Positions 51,156 through 64,000 of a DNA stretch of 64,000 nt are shown here, piece after piece. The position numbers were made by a program, and so were the translations under genes. Origin of the DNA: Bugula neritina (Eukaryota > Animalia > Bryozoa). Within the stretch, counting starts at the first letter, position 1. Each line of letters starts with the position of its first letter. The DNA is taken from contig OZ037767.1 of NCBI GenBank assembly GCA_964035545.1, positions 9,868,581 through 9,932,580 on the forward strand, given 5' to 3'. The notes under the pieces are model-generated. The model was not told the DNA's origin. It did not search any database and saw only the letters and a program-made list of their open reading frames with translations.

Positions 51156-51730
51156 GCCTATATATATAGGCTATATCAAGATTCAACTGTATAGTCAAAA
51201 GTAATTGCCTTGGCCTTTGATAGGATCAATAACGTTACTAGCACTTCCTATTCATAAGATAAAAGTACATTTAGTTGTTGTGAGATTCAGTAAACTTTTC
51301 AATAAATTTAGTGACAGAAGGCATCAACCGATGGGCCACAAAACCATCAAAGTGCAAAAAAATCTGTCTCTAGAAAGGCTACAATGGACATAGACTGGTT
51401 CTAGGGCTTTGCCATTGCATAAGGCAATATTAAGATAATTTTTGGCTTGAGACCTGCTTTCACTCATCCCATAACTTTTGTTTGAGAATTTCTAGTAATT
51501 GATTTATATTTTAATTCTGCAGATTACAAATGCTGCAACTTTTCACATATTTAAAAAGTATTACCTGTTTCTTAGACAATAAAACAGCTGATAGGTTTAA
51601 AAATATCATGTTGGTTGTTTCACTTGATACTGAAAATTATGACATTGTCTTACAAAATATTTTATTACATTTTGTTTTGTAATAAAGTTCCAATAAACAG
51701 AAATTTTTACACCAAAGACATGTTCTACAT

Positions 51731-53326
51731 CAGGGCTGTCCAACAGGCGGCCCGCGGGCCGGATCCGGCCCTCCAGCTATATTTGTGTGGCCCCCCAAGG
51801 TATAGCAAGTTACAAATTTTTGTTTATCAAATTTGCTAACTAGCCTGTAACAGCTGCACGTGGTATAGTTGAAAGCATCCCACTAAGAATTTCTATTAAA
51901 ATGTAGTTTAAGTTCTTCTACAATATTGTTCTGTGGGTGGCATACGTGTTGCCTACTTGTCATTGTTTAGCCTGAGATTAAACTACAACTAATAACAGCA
52001 AGCTAGTCATTATAGTCTGTTAGCTAGCAAGCCTGTGACTTATAGTAATGTAGACTTCTATATTATATTCTCATCTCTACGCGTTCACTGAAGTGTGAAC
52101 TGATGCACAGTGCTTACTACTTAAAAAGAAATATACCATTTCCAGTATATAAATCCATAATTTATATAAAATCTAAAAGTCATTGCTTTTTTTCAGATAT
52201 CATGTTTTCCTGCTAAGATATTTTACTGGTGCTAAAAATCAACTTTTGAGGCATAATTAACCAAAAGTGTGCAGTTTTTTTTCTATAACTTTGCAAAAGA
52301 ATGAAAAAATTCCAAAAATGTTGCACTGAAAAAAAAAAGATTCACAACATAGTTTTTAAATTTTAATTCTAGTGGCCTACAATCAAATGAGATTGTTTTT
52401 ACTGGTACTGAATTTGTACAGATATTTTTAAGACATTTAACCAGGACTGGCTATATAGAGACAAGACTTTTTTGAAAGTATAACTATGATCTCTTATTTT
52501 TATTGATTTTAATGTGAAAGATAAGTAGTTGAAGAATCTCTGACACACTTCACTTATGCAGTACTAAAATATTATTGTTTATTTGTTCGTTTTCATTTAC
52601 ATTCTCTTTTAAGGTTAGATGCCTAAACAATTTTGTTTTCTAATGAATTTTGTGCGAGTATGTACTGAAATGATTTGCGATTTGTAATCCCCTTGACCTT
52701 TGACTGCTTGTTAGATGCTGCACTGCACAGCATTATCACTGAGACAGCTTGAAGGTTTGAACTTCCAACTTTCAGTCAAATGAAATACACTAATCAGCAC
52801 TTAGTCCAGCAACTAAGGGTTGCATGTTCTGATACGAAACTAGATATTAACAGAGTTGTTCAAAGCAAACAGTACTCACTGTGTACTCACAAGTGTTTCA
52901 CTGATGGTTGTAAACTGTAACTATACTGGTATGAGTACAGACTCTTAGCATTGGCGCATCTTGTTTAAATTTGCATGAGCAATCATGAATATATACTTTG
53001 TATGTATATATGTATAATTTTTTATGCACAAACATAAATGCATATATATAATTATTGATTATTAAAGTAATAAAAATGAAATGTTTCTTGTTTACCTATT
53101 TTAATTAAATGCATATATACGCACATACACACACATAAGTAATATATGTTATGATTTTAATAAACATGCAAAGCCTAGCCATCGCTTATAATTATAATAC
53201 ATATAGCCTGCAGATGTTTAATGAATCTTGAAAATTGATTTTAAAAACAACAAAACATTTTGTGGCCCTCGGCCCAAGCTGAAACTTGCAGACTGGCCCT
53301 CGGTCTGAAAAGGTTGGACACCCCTG
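51731..53326. mobile_element. Second copy of the non-autonomous hAT element
   Basis: Same TIRs as 28015-29733; 8-bp TSD TTCTACAT; internally diverged with indels. Confidence 0.92.
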
Positions 53327-54701
53327 TTCTACATGGTTAAATTGAAAGCAACTTTAAATGTAAAAATAATTATATTTTGTAATTGCTGTTGATATGAAAA
53401 AAGGCTGTAAATATTATTCAACACTTATTAACATAATAATTTTACATGTTTTTCGCTTCTTGTTTGAACAGATATTTTGTTAATGAGTATTCATTAATTA
53501 AAGATGTTTATTATTAATATATTACTGTTTTTTGTCCCACACAAATTTATGAAAATTAGAATATTATTTCAGATAATTCATGTTAGTTATTGTAGCTATT
53601 AGCATTTTAGCAATCAATGCAACAGTTATATAGGTATATATAAGTATATTACTATATAATTATATGGCACCAAAATAGAAAACCTTTTGTATTGCATTAT
53701 ATTATTACATATGCAAGTTTTGTCCTCTTGAAAATTTATACTGTTGTAACTTTAATGTAAATAATGATATTTCTTGTATTTATGTTTTTTATTACCCTCA
53801 GTTGGTCATGTATTATATAGTCAACACTGTTTAATATAGGTTTCATGGTTGGTAAGCAAGATTGGTCGCTGATTGATTCCTGGTTTAAATGTTAGAAATA
53901 ATGATGAAATCCAACCTGTGCGCATCTCCGGCCTAGTGGTTTGTTCAGTGGTAAATAAGCATCAGACTCTACTTATGCACCAGAAATCACAACTGGTCAT
54001 AAGTCTTGAGAACGTGAAGTGAATATGACATAGATACCATTTTATATTTTTAACTAAACTAGCTCTTTTGAATTACAAGTATCTTTTTTCTCAGTTGGTA
54101 GGTATTTGGAAGATTAAAAGGAAATAATATTCTATAAATCTGCCAATTATATTCATTCATAGTTATTGTGTACAGATAACTCCAGCTGGCTGCCAACCAG
54201 GGTAGTGCTTCAAAGTAATCAACTTTGTATAGAAGTCATCTGGCTAAATCAAACTGAGTTATTTGTATGGAGTCTTAGATGAATGCAGTCCAAATGGAGA
54301 TATAGTAGTAAGAGGTGATATTATATAAGTAGCAAACATAAAGCTAGAGCTTTACGAATAATTTTCAGCTTTAAGTGTTGCGATGAGCACTCGCCATACA
54401 AATAAATATCCACAAAATACAACAATATATATTATATTATTAAATACCAAGTTTCAAAAGAAAGTTTGCTGATTGGGAAAATATAATTCTACTGTAGCTA
54501 CAATATCTTGGCAATCACTATGTTAGCTAGGATTTCAGCTGTCAACTCAAAGTAAAAGGTAAATAAAAAACTGAACTATCAAAAGCAAAACAATAATATC
54601 TACAAAAAAGCTAAAAGCAAATAATGCATAAACTGATGGGCAGCTAAAAAGCTCAGAAATAATCAACTTTGCTGAAAAAAATCAAAGCAATTGAAAAAAA
54701 G

Positions 54702-57700
54702 TTAAGTTCGCAGATTTGAAGGGTTTGATCTGAAGAGAAAAAGTTCATTCTCTAAAGCTGCTATCTTTTTATCTTTGAGTTTACATTCTTGTCTCAATAC
54801 TTTTAGCTCTTCACATTGTTTGAAGTATGCTATGTGCAGCTGAAATTATACAAGTATATAAACATTTACAGTCATTTTTACTAAATATTTCAGTAAACTT
54901 TAGTTAGAAGAGTAATAAATAATGTACCCAGGTATAACAACATTACTGTCAATATTCTGTTGTGATACAAAGCTTAATGCCTAAGTAGAGCTCCTTATCA
55001 CTGATGAAACATAATAATAAAATAATAATACAAATAATACCATTATTCAGCACTCAATTATCCGCACATTTATTTGTGGAATAGAATTACTAAATTCTTT
55101 TAATTTTTTGTATCAAATAAGTGGCACCATTTGCTGTCTAAACCAATTAATCAGTAACATTGTTGTACTAAAAATAATAGTCAAGTTAAATCATTATTAA
55201 TAATTTAAATATTCAAAGTTTCTGTTTGGTGGTTTATGCCAGATTCTTGTCTAAACTTCCTGTAGTGTTTCTGGAAGTATTAATTAATATTCCCAGAAGG
55301 CTACAAATCAATCTGACTCTCTCATTGCACTATAAAATGTACATTAATCTAAATTATCACTCACAAGTTTGCAGCTTTACTCAAAGAATATAGAACACAC
55401 ATCAACAACTACCCAAAAGTAGTAGAATTATTATAGAAGATTGATAAATACATATTTATTTGAATTAGAACTGATTGATGACTCACCTGTTCATTGGAAA
55501 GTGACGGATTTTGTGAGGAGCTGTTGTTACCTGATGCATGGGGTGCTACTTGTGCAACTACCGCAGTGGCAGTCTAAAACATCAAACTTTCAACATAAAA
55601 ACCTACAAACTGGGAAACCTGCATGAGTAATGTGTACATGAAAATGACATTGTTATCTAATTTTATAAACTCTAAACAACAGATTTTAATGTCCAGAGCC
55701 TAATTGGACCCACAATTAATTATACCTCAAATGTAAATTCGGGTCAAAAGAAAGATTTGCTAAAAAGTGATATATTTACAAGATACTAGGTATATATGTT
55801 GATTTTTAATTGAAAAATGTCAACATGAAAGGATTGTCTTCTCTAATGATTATAAAACGAGAATACTTTGCAAAAGCTCCGAGTTGTTTAAAAAACAATT
55901 TCCAAAAACTTTGATGTGTGCAAACAGTTTTTTGAAATTACATTAACATGACAAATCCCTTCGTGCGGAAATTTAAACAAAAACTCAAAGTGCTAGAAAA
56001 CCAACTGCAGGCCGAACTTAATTAAAAAGGTCCTGCATAGTGCACATCTAAGCTTAGGTTTGATAGTGAACCAACATTTTTAGAATGTTTGACTCCCTTA
56101 ACGGAAAGGTAGCAGTAATATCTGAGTCATACCAAAAAAATATTAAAACAAAATTCACTGTACATTATTACATAATTTTAACAAAAGATCAGCACAGATA
56201 ACAGCTAAACTTACAGATTTACTGTCTTTGATTGTCTGACCAAGTCCTGGTTGACCAATTTTGCTGCTCCTCATAATATGATCACGCCTGAAGGTCGTAT
56301 GATGGTCACCATCAGCACCTCTGACATTCCCAACTGACGCTGACAGCTGTTGTGTCTTGCTGCTTTGTGAGGACGGCTGAAGTCTAACCGGAAAGATAGG
56401 CTCTATAGTGTCAGCTACTAGCGTCAGATTAACGTTTAAAAATAACTAGGTTTTCTAATTAATAGACTGCAGGCACGAACTAAAGTAATGAAAAGTAAGT
56501 CTGGCTCAACAGACCACCCCACCAAAAGCACTGCGTTTCAATAACTCCGAATTATATGAATGAATGCTTTTAAGGATAAATTTGTGGTTGGTTGTGATTT
56601 CATTGGATACAACTGTTTCCAAACGTGGAATTAAAAAATCATTGGCGTAATCCGAAGCTTGGAAATATAATGCTTGTGTCATACCTAATTGAAGATAGCT
56701 GTCCATGGAGTGACTGATGGCGTGGACGCATGTATTCGTCTGCAGATTCATTGTGTAGATTTTCTTGTAAGTTTGCTGAATTTGTGTGTTCCTGCGCAGC
56801 ATATTCTTTTGAAGGGAAAACATTGCTTTTTAGTTGAGAAAATTGATGTGAATGCTCTGATTTCTAAAAAGAAACAATGTATACTGCATTAACAGTAATA
56901 CAGAAAATACTAGATAATTACAAACAACAAGTCAGGTGCAAACAGTACTGTGTCCAACTGAAGCTTATACCTGACAGACATGATAGAAAAATCAGTTAAA
57001 AAAACCCATTAAAAACAAGTGAAATAAACTGCATTAGCAGTTAGATAAACAAACATAAAAAACCATAATTCTGGGAACTACGCTGCTTATACACAGCAAC
57101 AGTTACTAAAAAACTAACATTAAATGTTGAGTAAAGTTTGCTGTTGGTTCAGACAAGATAGATAGTACAGTTTAATAAAGTAATTTAATTTGAAAAACAC
57201 CATAAGTAGACATTAAGACTGCAGTTCATAGTAACATGCAATTGAAACAGTCATAATAGTTTGGACAAATAATTAATGTATTTCATCAATGTGACAAAAG
57301 CCTATCATCTGTCAAAGTATGGGACAAAACTAAAACTTGGTCATATTTATGGCTAATAAATAATAAATATCTAGACTTTGGTTTATTAGTTACAAAAACA
57401 AATAACAAATGTAAAAAATGCATTGGCAAGCTTTTCAATTGGTAGTCACTATTCAATAAGCTAACCACTAACCTGCTTAGGAGAGTTTGGAATCATGACT
57501 TTACCAGTGTCAGTACAGAGTTTATGAATATTATACAGAGAAGATGGAACGTTCTTCACATTAGGTTCTACTTGCAACTTCTGAACAGGCCTCACCTGCA
57601 GAAAATCATCAACACACTTATGCAAGCCCAAAGTAAAATCCGTCGTTTAGAAAGAAATTCATCATGTTTTAAAGCCTGGCAGTCCACAGACAATAACAGT

Positions 57701-60700
57701 ACATGTAAAACACTACCAAAACATCCCCTTAGCACACATTTAATCTTAAGCAATGCAATTAAATTTTAATCACAGCAACTTAGTTTTGTTTTATTCTTTG
57801 AAGCAGAACTGCTGTTAGAAAGCAAAGATATGGTTCCAGAAAAACAGTAAATAAACTACACAATGGCTGTTGTAATAGTAATAGAAAAAGATAAATAATA
57901 GATAGCAACAGAAAAGAATTATTATTTATTATAAAATACTTCTCTTTGATATTATTGGCTATATTTACTGGATAGTTCATTAAGAATACTAGTTCAACAA
58001 CATAGCTAGATGAGAAAATAGGGATACCAACCACTTGAGTACGCTGAAGAGATTTAGTGAAAGTACGAAGGACACCAACTCGTGACACACTACCACTCCG
58101 TCTCTTCTCGATCAACTCCTGAAAAAACAAACAGCTATTTGGTTGGTTGGTTTATTATCTACCAAGTTGGGCATAACACGGCATTTATTTTTAAGCCTAC
58201 GTTAAATTACAGAGTAGAACCTATCTAATATAAACCAAACCAAAAACTATTAAAGCATAAATAAGTTACTAGATTTAGCCAAACCTGAGAAGATAAAGCC
58301 CATTTTAGTGCAATGATTTGAGTTTAAGTTAAAGGGAGCAGACGTGGTCTAATGGTTGAAGCACCGACTTAGTAATCACAAGGTCAGTGGTTCGATACCC
58401 AGTAAAGGTCATTGATAATGTCAGGAAGAGTATTCAGTCATAATTGTTCTTTGCATTAATAGAGAAAAAGTTCTTAACAAAAACTCTTTCAACCAGAAGT
58501 TCTTACAGGGATGACTAGTTATTATAAACATGAGTTTTGTTTAAGTTAATTATTATTATTACCAGCTAAATAACAGATAACTGACCATTGACAATGATAT
58601 TTGTTTGTTTCAAGCAGTATATGCATGCAAAGAAAAAATAATTTATTAATGTTATTTAACTGATAATGCAAAACTCAAACTAAATGAAGCAAGTTTACAG
58701 ATGTTTACCTCTTTTCTTATAATATATACCAAGCAGTGAACATAAACTGAACAAGAGCATACCTTAACAGAGATGGTCACAGGGTCCTTGTCTATCCCAG
58801 AACTCCACTCAGTTGAGCTGAGAGCAGGATTTATATCTAAAGTGGGTGGATAAACATCCTCACAAAACTCTCCTGTCTACAAAGTGTTACATATTGACCA
58901 CCTGTTTGTTACACCATGATGCATATACAAGTTGCACTAGATGTATTTTGCTATCGGCTATCATTTACTATTATAAAGAATCCCTGACACGCTTCACTTA
59001 TGCAGTATTAAAATACTCATATATACTATCTTAACTATCATCTACTGACTGTTGCATGCCCAAAAAATGTTGTTTTATAATAAAAATTTTGCCAAAGTGT
59101 CTTAAAATTAATTTGGGATCCGGATTGCTTGCTGGTGCTATTTCCAGTTAGTTTTAAAGCCTGTGGTATCATAAAACTAATATAAATTATTGCTAACTTT
59201 CATTGCATGCTATGCTTAGCTGCTAAAACACACAGCCTCATCGAATGCTGGCTCAAAATTTCAAAGTTCAAACTTTTAAGCTAGCTGAGTGATTAAGGTG
59301 TTAGACGCTGGAAGACTTTCACTGAATCAGGTAACTCACCCTTCTTGGTACTATCATAGGCAAAGGCTCAATCAATCTCTTAGCAGTGTGCAACTTGTAA
59401 AACCTGGCAACTTCAAATTTAGAGAAATTTATTCCTCTTTTTGGCATCTGGCCAAGTCCTCTCTGAGGGTCTGAGGACATGTATTGGTTAAGAAATACAG
59501 GAGCAGTTCCAGACACATCATAGTATCGTATGTTACCATCACCCTGTAAGAATATCATTAGTACACAACTATTCACAATACACCGTTGTGACAACGCTAC
59601 ATTAGTTGTAAGCATTGAAGTTGTGAGCATAAAATTGTAATAATGGTAAGAGTAAAGCAGTTGTAGGAGTGATAGTGACAGCTTTTTTAAAATCATAGGT
59701 GTGGATATGGAAACTCTATAAAACAGCATTTCTTACATGTTAGCAGGTACAAATTATTTCAGTACTTTTTCATAAAAGAAATACAGTTGTTTTGGTTTAA
59801 ATCATTAAAATTATGTTACTCTTTCAATACTCTAGTACTAGGATTTATTGCTATTAGCTATTCCATGCTACCATTTGGTTATCAGCAATGTGAAAGTTGA
59901 ATAGTAAAAAAACCGTCTCTTTTGTCATCATAAAAACTGAGCCTAAAATAGTGACAGCATTTCTACTCTCCGAATAAAGTTACATCTCTAGCACTACATT
60001 ACAGGATAGCTTCTAAAATAACCTTAAACCTAAGACAAAAACACTTCACAGTTCTTAGAATCTTAGTTACTATCCATTATAGAACTCTGGGAGTTATGGA
60101 TTTTTATTGGCTCAAAACAAGAACAATAAGTATAGTTTAAAAACTTTAAGCTCACCAAATGGTAGAAAAAAATTCAAATACATGTAACATGTACAGAATA
60201 GTTGAAGTTTACCAACAGCACATACCTTTCCGGCTATATATATTAAGTTTATATCCGGGTCATAGTATGGCAAAAGAACCCCACAAGACTGGTCAACTGT
60301 GTCTCTATATGTTGGCTTTGACAAATCTGCCTACAAGTAGAAGCTACAACTTAACATCCTACAGGATTATATATTATTTTAGTTAACAAAAACTAGAAAA
60401 CTAGTTGTTATAATATATTAATAACACAAGCATAATTTCTTCTAAGAAAATTTCCACTTGGCGATTTTCTGGATCACGAAATAATTGGAGTTTTTTTGCT
60501 GATTTCTGGGAAAATATATTTATAAACACCATAACTACATAACACATTCAGGGAAGACCCATTTGCTCTGGGACTGTGGTTACATATTGCTCAGCCAACA
60601 GGTGAATATCTAAGAAGTAATATTTTAATAAAACACAAAATAAGAGAAAGAAAATTTAAATCTTAAAATTATAAGCAAATAGTAATTGGTTTTACAGGGA

Positions 60701-63700
60701 GAAGCCATTGTGTAGGAGTTAGAGAGCTGGCTAAGTAAGCATAATATCTGTGGTTCTATCCCCAGTAAAAGTCATTAGTGATGTTAGGAAGAGTATTCAG
60801 TCATTTTCTATTCTAACTTTCGGGTGGTTTTTAGAATTTTCAAGATCAGCTTCACTTGTTCAGACTCTCAACTGTTTAACTTCTTATAATATTATGTTTA
60901 CATCTAATTTAGGAAATTAAACAACAGTCTGAACTACTCAAGTTGAACTTTACCTTTACATCAGCTACTCAACAAAGACTGTTGCCAACACTTGAGGTTT
61001 CAGCGACACCCAAATCAATAATTATAATAGTAGTTGTTCTAATGACATTTACCATATACTACATGATGTTTCATAATTTATCAATCTTCCACTTTTAGGT
61101 CATTACCTCTTTATAATAACTAGTTTCAGGAGCAAAGCAAAATTCCAATTCACAAGTAAACATTGTTGATACAGTCTACTGTTGACATTGTTTATATAAT
61201 ATGACAAATATTATTATTATTTTAAATTAAAACTGTATTCAATACCAGCAATATGTAAGTATTCATTTTCATTTATACCAAGATTGATAGTCCATTATTA
61301 TTATTATGAATCATGAAGACTGAGTTTTACTTTAAGTTAGTATAATGATCTAAAAATGATCTAAAGAGAATTTTTAACAACTTTTAAGTATTACTAATCA
61401 TGCATTATATATCATTCTTTTAATTAACTTATATTGGAGTTATTTAAGAGTACTATAATTCCAGTAAAATTATTATTGATTAACAAAATTATTATCACCA
61501 TCAATTACTTATATTAATTCCAAAACGAAGTTGATTATTTTAACCCATCAAATGGTGAAGTATTATTAATCATTAAAATGACATAAATAATGATATTTAT
61601 GATTACTGCAATGCATAACATAACTGTAAAAACTTCTGCTTTCTTTCCAATAAAATGATTGAATACTGTAAACAGAAAGTTTAACTAAAAATTAAACTTG
61701 AAAAAAATCATAATAAAACTTACTGCATTCCACATAGCAATTTCCCGGCTACCAGTGTTAGAGAATCCAGTTGAAAATATGCGATTATTTTTCAAAAAAA
61801 CAACTTTGCATGACTTCATCCCATGGTGACTGAACCCTTCCTAAAATAGTATGCATTTAATTACAGGCTAACCCAAAACTTATCTAATATTTATTATACT
61901 TTACTTTACATATCTCTTCGTTTTATTCACTTAGGAGCAGTAGTAGAAAAATTGAGATAGCCAAGCTCTTTAATTTTATTATTAAATTTTGGGTTGAGAC
62001 GCTGGTTGAAATTCTTTTGAGAATATAACTTCTTTTGCTAGATTTTTAATCTAGAACACAGGCTTTTCCCAATTTCTCAATCACTGCACCTACCTAATTT
62101 TATTATGGGTACCTCAAACAGATGCTTATAAAAAAATTGTGCAAAAACTAATTACAAAGAGGTCCTAAGACCAAAATGATTAATAGTAGATATTAGGACT
62201 TCCACAGTCTACAACTATTGAAATAAATACTACATATTAGTTGTAATATGAAACTTTTAAAGTATTTGGAACAGTCAAACCTAAAGATAGTATGATATAA
62301 CATTTGACAGATAGTTATTTGACCTTTTCAACTTGGGACCTGCAGATTTTACTTGGCACTTTCATTGAGGTAAGTTTAGAGTTGTAGAAATTTGAAACTA
62401 GCCATTAGTAAAATCTTGAAGATAAAGTGCAAGCTAGGAATCAGTTTAGCTCAGTAATAAAACGTCTCAACTGTGTGTTCTGTGTGTTTCAACTGAATCA
62501 CTACAAGCTTTTGCTCCAAGAAACTGCAAGCTGCTAATGAGATACTCTTTGTACATGGAGGTAGTTTGTGAGGTCACATGATCTAGTACCTGTAGAACTG
62601 CACCAGATCTGGGGTTTATGACTCGGAGTTTTCTGTCCTTACAGCTAGTGGCAAACAGACTTCCGTTGTAGTTCCAAGATATGGAAAAGACTGTATTACT
62701 GTGGCAGGAGATGACGTTTAGTGGTTGACTCAAACCCACGTCCCAAACAATACACTGAAATAAAAAAAATTCAACTAAACTATTTCCAGGCTTGACTTTC
62801 AACGGAACCGCTTCCATTATAAGCAGATATTCCACATAAGGTGCAGTAGTAGAGAAATTTCAATAGCCTAAGTTCTTTAATTTCGGTTTTGCACACATTT
62901 TTATTTCAAAACACAGGCTTTTCTCTGTCTCCATTACTGCACCTACTCCATAATTATTCCAATGGTTTTAGTTTAACAATCTAGTAGTCAAAGTTAGGGA
63001 GTATGCAGGGGCGCCCTGTACCCCACCGTGTATTGCTTGTTAGCTGAATGGTGCCGTGGTTGTGCATAGAATAGTCCAAAACTACTGCTAGTCTTTTCTT
63101 TAAAGCTAACGAATTTGAAGAAAGTTTTTCAATAATAGCATTGATTTTGAGGGCGTGTTTTGGTGAGAACTTTTGATATTCCATTCAACTGATTGTACAT
63201 TGCATACGAAAGGGCTACTAGTATACTCAAAAACCTACATAATACAAAAATACAGCTGGCAACTCTTGTTGTTTTCAGAAATATGAAAATGGTAGCATGT
63301 TTGTTCTACACACTACAGTAAGAGTTCTAGTTACAAATGCAGGAGTATGATAAAGACAAGACGAAACTCTGAATAAGATATCACGCTAGAATATTCTAGA
63401 AGATTTTAATATATCACATGTTGTTGTGGAAGTACAAACCAACTGCCGTACTCAACACTAACCCTGTAATCAAAGGCACAGCTAAGTAGTACATTCTCAG
63501 CACTTGGATGCCACTCGATATAGGTCACTTTTCTAGCATGACCTCGCAGTTCAAACACACATCTAGTCATGTTAGTACACAATCCTATCTCAGGAATTTC
63601 CCATACTTTGATCTGCAAGCAAAACAAACAAAGAGTTCTGCAAAAAACAGTACATAACGAAGTAGTCGACAATTACTAAAAACCAATCAGTGTATAGTTT

Positions 63701-63909
63701 GCAATCTCCTCAATAGTTAAAAATATAATCCACAGATTTGGAGATACCAGGAATGACAGAATTTTAGAATGAGTATATTTTATACTGCATACTGTCATAT
63801 CATCTGAGGCAGAAGCAATAACATGGTCGTCAAACGGGTTCCACTTGAGATCATTGATGGGTCCAGTGTGTCCACAGATCTTTGGTGCATTGACATCAAC
63901 TCTTCCAAG
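54702..63909 (-). CDS. CORO: Coronin (WD40 propeller, unique region, coiled coil; type II/CORO2-like); 5' end outside window
   Basis: Exons 63793-63909, 63463-63612, 62590-62754, 61724-61840, 60226-60330, 59340-59543, 58763-58876, 58032-58118, 57473-57595, 56685-56863, 56215-56383, 55487-55573, 54702-54839. Motifs KWNPFDDHVIASASDD, GHARKVTYIEWHPSAENVL, ATSCKDRKLRVINPR, LLPYYDPD..AGKGDGNIRYY, PQRGLGQMPKR, EVARFYKL, MIVPRR, DVYPPT. Unique-region exons are less certain. Confidence 0.95.
58338..58540 (+). mobile_element. tRNA-derived SINE-like element
   Basis: GTGGTCTAATGG A-box, GGTTCGATACC B-box, then GATAATGTCAGGAAGAGTATTCAGTC as in the other copies. Confidence 0.78.
60715..60803 (+). mobile_element. 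Partial, diverged SINE copy
   Basis: GGTTCTATCCCCAGTAAAAGTCATTAGTGATGTTAGGAAGAGTATTCAGTCA. Confidence 0.6.
61934..62090. repeat. Small foldback repeat in a coronin intron; related copy at 62840-62944
   Basis: GGWGCAGTAGTAGA..AACACAGGCTTTT..ACTGCACC, with inverted ends in both copies. Confidence 0.55.
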
Positions 63910-64000
63910 CTGAAACAACACTCAAATACATCAGGGAATGATTCTGGCAGACAAAGTAACACTGAAAGCAGAATTGCTACTAAATTTTAATAAAAGCAAT

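Noticed and set aside
62981-63222. Possible Helitron or MITE in a coronin intron (CTAGTAG ends, small GC hairpin)
   Set aside because: Single copy in the window and the terminal signals are too short to support a call.

Overview
AT-rich, intron-containing metazoan (invertebrate-type) genomic DNA. All gene models were spliced by hand and checked for reading phase. Host genes: a CELF/Bruno RNA-binding gene (+, 1814-7656, RRM2-linker-RRM3); a 9-exon ER membrane thioredoxin-fold gene lacking CxxC (-, 9385-14720); an ankyrin plus coiled-coil gene (-, 31312-33301); the 3' part of a coronin gene (-, 54702 to window end); and a probable small secreted-protein gene whose signal-peptide exon is at 36550-36601. 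18253-31770 is a four-copy tandem array of a ~2.45 kb unit. Three of the copies carry a private insertion: a LINE, a 110-bp array and a hAT element. 36.7-51.2 kb is a nested pile of mobile elements built on (TA)n: two Penelope-like element (PLE) families, a young 7.87 kb Gypsy LTR retrotransposon inside one of them, and a TA-flanked TIR element. Most notable: (1) the Gypsy carries a third, apparently spliced, non-env ORF for a zinc-finger/coiled-coil protein and has an odd gag-pol junction; (2) there are nine hammerhead ribozyme motifs from three sequence families, next to (TA)n, plus a 110-bp tandem array with a hammerhead-like but non-canonical core; (3) the candidate last exon of the ankyrin gene is present four times and is open in every copy. 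No database searches or folding calculations were run.
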